Of a DNA stretch of 64,000 bases, positions 36,396 through 49,200 are shown in pieces. The stretch spans positions 58,156,001 to 58,220,000 of the forward strand of contig OZ241832.1 in assembly GCA_965202585.1 (NCBI GenBank). Direction: 5' to 3'. Each line of letters opens with the position of its first letter. Position 1 is the first letter of the stretch. A program made the position numbers and the translations under genes. Source of the DNA: Thalia democratica. Taxonomy: Eukaryota. Under the pieces are notes generated by a model that made no database searches, was not told the origin of the DNA, and saw nothing but the letters and a program-made list of their open reading frames with translations.

Positions 36396-39300
36396 ATGGC
36401 TTATGAACATCGGTACCCTGTGGTTCTTGTGTGCAGTGGAACTTTTAACCCGGTTACTACTGCTCATATTAAAATGTTTGGTTAGTTTAAAATAAAAATA
36501 TTGTGCTATGTTTTATTAAGTTGTTGGTTTAATTTTAATTGTTAACAAAACTATAAAAGTTTGCTAACGTATACTGTGACTGTTGCTCATATCAAAATGT
36601 TTGGTTAGTTTAAACGAAAAGACTGTAATAATTTTTACTAACTACTAGTTTATTTGCACTAATATTATTACTGCTCATAACAAAATGTTTGGTTCGTTTT
36701 AATAAAGTATATATCATGTACATGTTCAAGTTAAAAGTTTATACTTTGAACACAATTTTCTCCAAAGAGCTACAATTTATTTGAGCTAAATTAATAATTC
36801 AGTGTTTTTTAAGCTTGGAAGATTATTAAGTTTCAACATTGGTTTGAATTAAACTTTTTTTTCAGATGTTTGTTTTAAAGCTAGAAAGTAATACTTTGAT
36901 ACCATAGAAGTTTAGTTTTATTAAAAGTGAAAAAAGTAAAGTTAAAAGTCTTTATGTTTATTGATAGGACAAAAAATTAACTTAACACTGTAAGTTAACT
37001 AGCTTCAGATATGATTCAAAAATCAAAAATAAAAAATATCTTGATAATTAACTGAGTATAAAATTCAAAAATTTTTCATTTAAAATAAAACTTTAGAAGT
37101 ATATAACATTATAAACCAACTGGCTTTATTGAAATATTTGTTTAAAATGTAATTTTGAACTTTGTTTATAATGTATTAAAATTTCCTTCATTAAAATATT
37201 TGTATTAATTTTAAAAGCACAAATACATTGTAAAATTTTCTACAACCAATTTAACTATAAAGAGAAGAACTTATATCAACAAGTTTAAAAAGTACAATTT
37301 ATTTAAAATTTTTGCTTAATTTAAAGCTACACTTAGTTTAATGTGTTTCGAGCTTCCGAATTGGCAAAATGGAAAAAATCGATTATAAGTTTCCTTTGTT
37401 ATTTTAAATTATTTTGTTTTACATTGCAGGCGGATTGTTCTAAAACAAAAGCTTGAACAGAGATTCTTATCTGCCGAAAGTTAAAGATTTTGTTAAACTT
37501 ATCGTCTTTAATCAATTCAATCTCAAAGTACTAGTTTTAGTGTTAAACTTTGAAAAGTATTTAGCTTAAAAAGCTTCAATATAAAAATATACTTACTGTT
37601 TAAAACTTTATGTATATAAGTTTACTAAACAGTTTATTGTTTCTTTCGTTTTAAAGATAAAAAACATAAACTATTGAAATACAGCTAGTTTTGAATATGA
37701 CCAAAAAACTGCAACCATCGAAAAAACTTTAAACTTTACTTAATTTCATACATCAAAGTAGTTAAGAAAATCTCTTCTGTCTCACTTTGAGCAAAACTAT
37801 CGATTTTTAATTAATCTAGGGCAAAACCAATTTTTTTATATAATTTAGTATTGCAGATATTTAGCGAAAGCTAAACTACTTAGCTCATTTAGGTTTTCAC
37901 TTAATTTAGATATTTTGTTAATTCAATTATACTTGTTTGTGTACAAAAGAGCATGCATTTAATAAAAAAACTCAAAACGTTATATTAACTAAGAAGTGGT
38001 CTGTCCTTTGATAAATAAAATGAACTACTCTTCTACCTTTTTAGTTTCATTTAATTGTTTCACAGTTTACTTATACTTGCGATAACAAAAACACATAATT
38101 TTTGTACCAAAACCAAAAACAAATTATAAAAAACCAATTGAAACTCAAACGACTAATTTATCATTTCAGTTTAAAAAATACTAATAAAGAATGCTATACT
38201 TTTATTTCAGTTAAAAGTAATAGTTTTTTTGTTTTTAATTTTCTACACCTAAATAATTTTTAAAAACTGGTTTTATAAATCAAGATTAACACTTACTTAA
38301 ACATTAAAATAATTTAACACAGTGTTTGATAATTAAAATAAACATGTTGATTAAGTATGTAATAAAATAAAATTAAGATTAGCATTTAAAAACTTTTGTA
38401 CCTTTTTAACTTTTTAAACGTCAAGTTAATTTTCTTATTGTAAAAATCTATAAACATTTCAACGCAACTTAATCTATTTTAAGGAACAGTATATACATTT
38501 AGCGTTTAACATTTATTATAAATAATTGTATTTTATATTTACAGAATTACCACGAAATACGTTTTTTTTCTATTTTAAGATATATTTTATAAACATATAA
38601 GAATATCTTATAAAGACTTAAAATATATATTAATGAATGTTTGTTCACTTGAAGGAACTAAAAAGCGTATACATAAACATTTTATTTAAAAAATAATAAA
38701 AACTCTTCTTTTCACAGAAATAGCACGAAGTTTCTTGGAGAGGTCGGGGCGTCACATCGTCATCAGCGGCGTCATTTCTCCCACTGTGACGTCACAATCG
38801 TCGCGTGACGGCGATGACGTCACCGCTTGCGAGTCGCACCGAGTGACGATGTGCAGGGTGGCAGTCCAGCAACATCACTGGTTGACGTCAGTTTGATTAA
38901 ATAAGTTTGTAACAAGAAACGTGCAACGTTGAAAAATGAGAATGTATATTATTTTGTATTGTTACATAGTTTTGTAGTGTTTTTCAAGAAAACTTGCGTA
39001 ACAATGGTTCGTTGTTTAATAACTTGTTTCAATGGTCGAAAAATGTTCAAAATTATGACAGCTTCACAATCACATTTACGTCGTTGGAGTATATTTATAA
39101 ACACTTTATAAATAAATAAGAAATTAAAAGATATTAAAGGTATAAATAAATTATAACTTAAGATATAAATACCGTTAAACGTTGAAAAGTAGCAAATTAT
39201 GTTTATGATTTTGTTATTACTTTCTAAACTGTTACATATCTCACATTTGTACTGTTTTTCAAGAAAACTTGTACAACCTATTTTCAATGATAAATAAGTC

Positions 39301-42300
39301 TAACGGCATCACCATCACCTTTACGTCATTGGACTTTATTTTAAACACTTTATATATTATCCTAAGATATAAATACCGCTTTGTATATTTTTAATAGTAC
39401 TCTAACGTAAGTTTAAGTCATAAACTCAAAATTAAAATGTTAAAGACACTAATCTTTAAACTACCGAAGTCTTAAGTTTAAAGTCTTTTAAAAAGTTTGA
39501 ATTAAAAATAGTTATGAAAACTCTAAACTCCAAAGTATTCCTTTTTAAATATTTTAAAACTGTTGTGTGAACGATTAAAGATGGAATCTTTAAAGCACAG
39601 TTGTTTTAAAAGTTTTTTTTTACATTTTCCATTACCGACAGTTGTGATAGAGTACAATTAAGTGTACGTAAAACTAAAAGTTCAAAGCAATTTATCTTGT
39701 CAATTTGTTGGTGCCTATAAAACAATTGTCGAATTAAGAATTTTATAAAACTAATATAAACTAAATTGATTTAATTTTATACGTAAACTTACTCTTTGTT
39801 TTATTAAGCAATCAGTATGACAACAAAAAAGTCTAGTATTTAAAATTTTTTGTTAATTTTTGTAGTATTTTTTTTTTTATTTAAGTTACTATATATTAAA
39901 CAAAATTTAAGTAGTAACAGAGATTATGTTAATATTTGAATAAAAATTGAATTTTACTTAAAGCTCGCTTGTTAGAATTAACATTGCCAATTTAAGTCAT
40001 ATTCATAAATACAAGATCGATTTAAAACGCCACTAACTCATGAGAAAGATCTAAACAAAAGCAGCTCACACTACTGAGTGGAAGGGTGATATCCAAAGAG
40101 CTATTAAATTATTCAAAAGTCAAATAAATTTCCTAGTCTACTTCGTCTTACTCTAAACATTTTCAAGGCGAAAAGAGTTTTGCGATTTCCAAGTTTATTA
40201 ATCGCAAATGTTTTTACGGAATTTTCCGAAATTTTATTAACTCGTTTGTTTTGTGTAGCAATAAAATAAAAACATGTGTTATTTTCAATCGATTTTGTGT
40301 TGTTTTAATTTTTTATTCATAATTAAGTTATATAACTTTCTTAGTCTGTGTTATTTTTTTATTTACAACTAATTAATTATTGTTTTTTGAACCAAAAAAA
40401 TATTACCTTTAATTTAAATATGATAATCTGTTTTCGCAAGTTTATGTCTTAAGTCAGAAAATAAAGAGCTAGTATAATTAAAAACTAAACAAAAAACTTT
40501 TAAAGCTATTATTTTTGGTTACTGTAACCACAAAGCAAAAATTATAAGGCTTTTTTGACCTTGTATTTGTTGTATGCTTTGCTTTAAAATATTTTAATAT
40601 TTAAAGCTACTTTTGGCTACTGTGGCTATCGACCAAGCTACTCAAAATTTTTAAGCTACTTTTTGGGCAAAATATTCAAATTTAACTTTAAACTCTAAGT
40701 TTTATATTTTATTTTTGTAACTTGATTTGATAAACTGCATTTTTAAAACTTTTAAATAAATTTACTTTTATGTTGTTACCAAAAGTCCTTAAGCTATTTT
40801 CTATATCAATTTTTTTAACTAACCTTTACCGATAACTTTAAGTTTTATAATATTGTTGCAATTTGGTTTAAAAATTCAATATTTTGAAAGCTCATCTTAA
40901 AAAAATCAAACAATCGCTTTTAATTTGTTTATTTACAGAGTCAAAACATGTCAAAGTATTCAGTTTAGTTTAAAAACTATATTTTTAATATTTTTTTTTA
41001 ATAACTGAAACTTTAAGATATTGTTTGAAATATATAACTATATATACTTAATTAAAATAACTGCAGTTTTTTAATTTAATCTATTAATTATACAATTTTA
41101 TGTACATTTGTTTAAATAGTTGACACATGGCAAACTTCACAGCTTAATTCTTTAACATTGTTTTTACAGTTTTACTTTAAAATATTATATAGCTTATTTT
41201 CTAAAACATATAAAAATATATTTACTTTCAGAGTCGATACGTGGCAAAGTTCGCAGTTGGAAGAAACTAAACCAACGAAACTATTGAGGAGAATTTCTAA
41301 TAAGTTGCGGGTTTGAATATACATTACTAATACTAATTTCTTAAAAACAGCTAATAAATTTTAAAACATATATAATGTGTATACAACCTGATATTTTTAT
41401 TTTTGTATTTAGCAGCAATAAAAAAAGGATTTTTCCTTACATATTAAGTTGGATATTTTTTTTTTTCATACAGCACTTAGTTCGTTTTCTGTAAAAATAC
41501 TTTCAATCAAAAATTTGCAACTTTTTGCCGATTGTTGGTTTTAGTATCGATTTAAACCAAATAGTTATACAATTCTAAGTGCAAGTTAAATGTTAGTTAG
41601 TTACAAAGTTAAGCTGCGGGTTTTAATTTTTAAACTCGTCTTTTATATTTTAAAGTGAAAAACTTCTTGACTTTGATTTTTTTTTCAATCCTTAATATCG
41701 TTATTTATTTGAAGATTTTCAAGTATAATTAGTTTGAATTCAATTTGTTCGATTAAAAATCATAAAACTTCAAAATTATAAAACTAACAACTTGCCTTAC
41801 CCTAGACGGTTTTTAAAGTTCTTAACATAGTACAGAATATTTGGAGAGTTTATCTGAATAAAATTTTCCACTAAGCTACATAACCTCAACTATACACACA
41901 AGCAACATAAATATATTTAATATAAGAAAACACAAGAACCTTTAAAAATATTTTTTTTCTTTTTTTAATCTTTTTTTTTAACTGTTCAGGTTTAAAATAA
42001 CAACTTTTTTTTAATAAAAAACCACCACAGTTTTTATGACTTTTATATTTTTAATAACTTTTTTTGTTTACGAAACAGTTTTAGTTTGTTTTCGCATTTG
42101 TAATAATACAACCTTAAAAACATACTTCAGGGACTTTATGAACGATCCAGTTTTTGGTTAATATAAAAGGAATTTTGTATTACTTTATATTTATATTGTA
42201 GAGTGAATACGGGTTCCCGTCGCCTTTCCAGAACACGCACCATTTCAACGACCAGCTAAATGGTTCAAGGTGAAATATTTTGATAAAACTGGTTTGGTAA

Positions 42301-45300
42301 TAACTAGAAATTTTAAATCAAATACTCGAAAAGTTTCAAGATTAATTTTTAAGCACAGTTTGGTAAAATAAAGAACTTAATTGTTAAAAACAATTAATAA
42401 ACTTATACATCTTTTGTTAAAAAGAAAAACAGATTAAAAACAGTTAGATAATCTGTTTTTTTTGTTCTAAATTAAACTTATTATACAGTTGTTTATATTT
42501 ACCGTCAGTTTTCCGTTAATTCCTTGATAATTACGTTTGTCAACCACAGGTTTGTAAAAAACATTAGACAAAATATTTAGCTTTAAACACTTATTTGTTG
42601 CAAATCAAGCTGGGTAAAAAATATTTTAATTAAGATCCATCATCAGTTATTAATTTATATTTTGTTAATTTGTTTTAATTTTGTTTATAATCAGGTTCGG
42701 CTCGAGCCACGCGGTCAGGCTGCAACCGGACGGCTCGTTCCGCAACCACGTGATGACGTCACAGAGGCGGGAGATCGATCACGCGTATGACGTCAGGAAC
42801 TGCAACGTGGTCGCGCCGTCCAGCAACTACACCAAGCACCCCAGGAACAACAACAACGACAACAACGGTAAAATTATTAATCTTCTATGTTGTTTTTTTT
42901 TAATTTTAGTCAAATTTAGTAAAAATAAAATGGACCTCAATTGGTATAATTGTGCTTCTAATTACGTTCAAATAAAATGGAACTTTTCAATTAGTTTGAA
43001 ATTGAATTTTTTATTTATTATAAGCAGAATTATAAAACTAAAACAAATTTAAAAGTAAAATACACCATACTAAGTTCATAAACCTACTATGGTGTTTATT
43101 TTTAATTTCAAGGCAAGTTTAGTAAAAATTATGTTGACCTCAACAATGGTTTTTTTTCAATTAGCTTGAAATTTATCTTTTTTTTTATTATAAGCAGAAT
43201 TATAAAGTTGTAACAAAATCAACGATGTAAAATTTAAACGCGTAATAACAAAGTATAACATTAATAGGTATGTGAAATTAATTGAGGATTGTGCTAGAGA
43301 AAGTAAAATTAAAAAATTATAAGTTTTTTGATGTTTTTTATAGTTTTACAAAAGATATTAGTGTTGTTTCATTAAAAAGGCTCAAAAAAATTTAAATTCT
43401 TTAAAATTGTACAGTTTTTTTTGATAAGAACAAAATTGGTGAAGAAGTTTATCATTAGTCTATCAAATAGCAGTTTTACTAATGAATTATTTTATTAAGT
43501 TAAAAAAATAAATAAATTTAACAAATTCTATTTATTCAATGCAAACTAAGTGCAATAGGTAAAACAAACTAATAACTACTAAGTTAAAATTCAGACTATC
43601 TTAAGAAGACAGAATAATAACTAATTACTATTTTAGAAAGATACAAATACGTTTTTATTCTTTACTAAACTTTAGATTTTACTTCAACACAAAACTTATC
43701 CTTTTCAAAAAAAAATATAATGTAAGGTAGAAAACTAAAAATAAAATTTCTTGTAAGAAATACATGATAAAAAACATTACACCAATAACAAAAACACTAA
43801 AAAACTAAATAAATTATACTACTCATAGAAAGACTATAAACAAATAGCAAACTTCTGATATTATTTTAATTCTTTATTACAGTTTTTCTTTTATGATGAC
43901 AAATATGATGACGAAACTGATCAATAAAGTTTACTAAAACACAGTAGCTTATTTATGTCTGATTAATTTTGTATTTGGAAGTTAGTATACCTCTAACAGT
44001 CCTATAAAAAATATTATTATTATGTGAAAAGTAAAATAAAAACATATGTTATTATACTTTTTTCTTACCAAACATTAAGTTTATATAAGAAAGCTACCCT
44101 AAGCCACGGTAAAACTAAATTATTACGCTTATTTATTATTTATTTATGAAAAATTTTTTCAGTTACACAACACTTTTTATGCTTAGTTTTCCAAACATTT
44201 TTACAGGTTTTTAAAACATTTTTGTTTATTAATACAAAAGTTTATCTAAATTATTTTTGTTTTTTTTATTACAGTTTTTCATTAACTTAATAGCTATTAA
44301 CTTGGTAAGTTTCATTGTTTGATGTATTACTTATGAATGGTAATTTTTGGAAAATATAATCTAGTGTAGAAACAATTTTAATATATTTTTTGCCAACGTA
44401 AAAATATCAAAAAAAGTTTGCTATGTGCTTAATAGTTATATTTATATTTAAATTAAAATATTAAAATTCGTTATTACTTTTTTAATTATCGGTTGTGATT
44501 TTTTTTTAAACCATAACGCGTACTTTTTAATAAAAAGATTTACGAATTTCACATTTAAAACAGCTTAATATTTATTTTAAACATTAAATATTATGATTTT
44601 TGAAACATAAATAAAGATTAAATTTAAAACTCTCTAGAAAAGTGAACAGAACTCAATTAAATTGGTTTGTGCTGAAAATTATTTTAAAAAGCTAACGTTT
44701 GAGTTTTTTATATAATTTACTGATGAATTACATATCCGTACCCTTAATTTAGTAAATTTCCGGTATATATATAATTTTTACGTAATTTGATTTGTAGTAC
44801 TAATTTTTCAAATCTTAAAAGTCAGCTTAGTTTACGCTGTACATAAGTAAATCAAGTCAATTAACTTATCAGCGACTCGACTAAACTTTTTAAAAGCGAA
44901 CTTATGTACTACAAGATCAAAAAATAATGAACTTCACACGGCCAACAACAGATGGCCGAAATGCATATTGGTTACGAGATCAAAATTAAAAAACTTTTTT
45001 TTTCAATAAGAAAAAATCTACAATAAAAAGTGTATAAGAGCGTAGGTAGATGTTTGTTAACAACGATTTAGAAGCCATTCTAAATTTATTTTCCAATAAA
45101 AACCATCTTAAATAAAGTTTCCTACCTAAGTTTTTTTTGACCTAAGTCTTTAAAACTATACGCACAACGATTTGGCCGTAAGAAACATTTTTCCTGTAGA
45201 TTTACATAAATTTCAACTATGGCAGCTTTAAAGAAGCTTATCGTTTTATCAATAATCATATTTGTCGATACCTACACAAGTTTTAAATTTGAAAAGTTTG

Positions 45301-46168
45301 AGTTAAAATCTTGAAATATAAATATTGTTATAAAAGTTTGAAATATCTCACAGATACTTTAGGGCCAAAACAAAGAAAATAACGTCTAGTGGTCGGCTTT
45401 AGATTTCAAAAGTTCTTTTTTGATTATATCCTCTATTTTTAAAGCTAGTTTTGCTTTATAACTGAAAAAAATGACCAACTAATAAAAATTAAAATGTACA
45501 GAGTTTCAAAAAATAGCTAAAAACAGAACTGTGCAACTTATACTTGCATTTTTTATGACTGCTGACAAAACACTTTTAGAACACCATGATTTTTTTTAAT
45601 TTAATATTATCAGGTGATGTAATGGACATATTGGGGCTGCACTTCCAAAGAGTGTGCTGTGGACAACCACCAGCTTTTAACTACCAGGTATCTTTATTTT
45701 ATAGTTGAAAGCTTGTACGCTTTAGAAGTAGTGAAAATGTTTATCAAAGCGTTTATTAAGTCAAGTTTTGGTTACTTTGCATTATATAAAGTAAATCCTA
45801 CAATGTCAACAAGATTATTTTTGTCAAAGTGCAAACTTTAAAATCTGTTTAAGTAAAGTATATTTTTGAAATAAGGTTTTGAAGGTTAACTGTTTTAATA
45901 AAAACAAATCGACAACTTAATGCTTGAAGCGCCATATTACTTTGTTAGTACAAACATTTAATCTTAAGAAAATTCATTCACTTTTATAGTTTTAGCGCTA
46001 GTCGGAAAAGTTACTTTGAGGACTTTAAGTTATCTAAACGTGAAGAAATAAAACTTTTTTTTTAATCAATAACAGAACATCATTTCGTGTTTAAAAAAAA
46101 TGTTCGTTCCTGCAAATAACTTTCAAAATTACAAATAGTCTAGAATTAGACAATCAAATTAATCGAAT

Positions 46169-46221
<53 letters not shown>

Positions 46222-49200
46222 TACGTTTAAAATATTTCAGAACGACAACTTGGCGTTTGGTGCTGCATACGACCTTCGAAGGACCAAGGTGAGTGTAATA
46301 CCAAGTACAAGTATACAAGTACAAGTACGAACAATATATATTTATACAAGTTGATGATACAAGTACATATAAACAATATTTATTTATACAAGGTGATGAT
46401 ACAAGTAGATACAAACAATATATACATATTCAATTTTATAACCAATTATTGGTATAAACAAAAGTACACATAATATTTATTCAAGGTGATGCTCTTGTGT
46501 GGGGCGGACGATCTGGAGAAATTTGGAGATGAGGATCAGTGGACAGATCAAGAGGTCAGTGTGACGTAATAGTGCATGTTATTGTCACGTGATAAAATAA
46601 TTATTAGTGATGCAAAAGTGACAATGGTTTTAAGTTTTAGATACATCTTATAATCAAAATTTTAGTAACGTCTTAGTAAAATTTGTCTTATTTAGACTTC
46701 TTTTTTTTTTGACTATGTAGGTAGTGCCAAGATTACTTTGTTTCTTTTTTGAATAAAACTAAACTTTATATACTGTTACCAGAATTAAATTGCTTAGAGT
46801 TTTTAAATCGTAGAATAAAAACTCTCAATTTGAAACTTTTCAATTAATGTATATTGTTACCGTACTAATAGTTTTAAAAGTTAGTTTTAGTTGTTGTTTT
46901 TATATCATTGTTTTGTTTTATTCCTTACTTTCAAAGTGTGATTGTATGCTAATAATATCATTACATAAACGAAACTAGAACTTAAACTTGTTGTAAAAGT
47001 TTCTTACCAAAAATACAACTAAGCTCATAAAGGTAATCAATAAAGTATTACAGACCTAATGAGTAACAAGATAAAAGCAAAAAAATAACAACGTTTGTTA
47101 CATGCAGAGTTCATGAAAAGTATTCGATTTAGTTTTTTGTTAATTTAAATTACAGCTTTTAGGAGTAATGTTGACTTGAAATTTTAAGCCCAACCACAAA
47201 TCGTTATTAGGACAAATACTTTTCTAATTTTTTTCAAGTTCACTTAATTTAGGTAATTAGCTATATGAAAATTGTTATAGTTAACATATAAAATTAAGCA
47301 GTTAATCCAACAAAATATGTTAAAAGAACTTTTTACTAGCCTTTATTAAATAGTTTAAACTTTTCACCTACTTTAACCAAGTAAAATAAAAACATTCAAG
47401 GAAAACTTGTATGCTTAAAGCATAGTAAAAAAATACTTAATAAATAGAAAATAGCTAATTCGTGTCGTAAGCTAAAGTTTCAAAGACAATCGATATCTGT
47501 TTGAAACATGAAACATCTGGAATGTTTTTCAAAGACTAAAGACAACTTAGTTGTAGTAAAAATTAAAGTTTAAGTCGATTACAAAAAGCCTGAAAAAATA
47601 AATATATAATAAATGTCATTGTCTTGTATTTTAGTTGTAAAAAATATGATGTTTATGTTTAACAATAGTTTTAGCTAGCTACATGTATTAAAAGAGATCT
47701 TTAAAAAATACTAAACTTTTGAAGGTGCTTTTTAAACTAGTTATTTAAAAATAACTTCATTAAAGTTCTCAATCTAATAATCAATATTATTTTTACTTCC
47801 AGCTATACATAAGCAAAAAGTATCCTTTGGTTTCAGATTAGAAAAATATCAAAATACTTTTCAAACTTTATTATTTACTGAAATATTAGGTTTTTCAGAA
47901 CATGATTTTTAGTATACATTTTTATTGTTATCAATAAGCAGTATAATCTTTACAATCGTTAAAAACTAATCTTAGTGACATTAAAGTTGCATTTTGTACT
48001 CAACATAAAAAACTATCAAAAAAATATTGGAATGTTTTGGTTTGTGTGCTTCGAACGAGCTACAACAAATAGTAGTACCTATGTTTGAAACAACTAAACA
48101 TTAGTACTTGTATTTAAAAACCTTTTAGTGCTCATAGTTGGTTAACATATTTTTTTTTACTTCAAAAAAAGAAAATTCTGGATTGCTGAGCATCCAGGTG
48201 TAAAAGATCAAACTTAATTGTTTTGATATCTGACAAATTATTAACACTCCAAACAAAAATAGTTTAAACAAATATTTCTTCAGATCAGGGAAATACCGGA
48301 TTGTTTTGGGCATCCAGATGTAAAAAAATCAAACTTGATTGTTTTGATATCTGACAAAATTGTTAACACCGCAAACAAAAATATTTTAAATGCATATTTC
48401 TTCAGATCAGGGAAATACTGGAGTGTTTCGGGCTGGTGTGAAATACTGGAATGTTTAACATCAAAATTTAAAAAATCAAATTAATAGTTTTGTTGTCTGA
48501 CAAAATTAAAACTTCAAAAAAAAAAGAATAAAGAATATTTCCAATTCTTCAGATCAGGGAAATACTGGAGTGTTTCGGGCTGGTGTGCATCCCGCGCAAC
48601 ATCCAGAGGGACTCGGAAGAGGTCTCGGGAATAAGGAGGGCGTTCGACCGGCTTCAGGGAATCCTGAGCGAGCAACCGGGAACCGTGATACTGGTGAACG
48701 ACAACAGGAAGTCTGAAATATCGAAGATAAGCTCCAAAAAGTGCAGGTTTTTAATTTTTTTCTACTTTTTTTAAAAGTTCACGAGCAGATCTAAATATGA
48801 AATATAAAAAAAATTCAACAAAGCAGTTTAAGTTGTTCTGTACCACATGACGTATATGACGTCATCACGCTTCGGCTTTGACTGGTACAGAAAGGTTTTT
48901 TTTTTTCAATGTTATTGTATACTGTTTTATAAAACTAATAAGTCTAAAAAGCAACAACAAATGTAAGACAATGTAAATTAGTTATATATTTAGTTGGAAA
49001 AAATTTGAGTATAATATTATAAATAAAATTTCGTGGTCTGCAAAGATTGATAATGTGTTACCTGTCTCAGGTTTGTTTTAGGACAATAAATTGTTTTTGA
49101 AATTATATTACAATGGTAAATACTATTTTAGTGCAATAGTGATTAATTTAAACTAAAGATAAAGCCTTAAAGTGCCTTTTAAATTTAATAACCAAATCTT

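Noticed and set aside
37429-37478. Candidate exon RIVLKQKLEQRFLSAE in NMNAT intron 1
   Set aside because: Its phase is incompatible with exon 1 (phase 1), and it would interrupt the continuous MF-EIAR NMNAT alignment.
40137-40192. Candidate exon STSSYSKHFQGEKSFAIS in NMNAT intron 2
   Set aside because: It needs a weaker alternative donor and would split the conserved WLTVDTW segment. The GTCAGT donor at 38887 joins 41232 directly.
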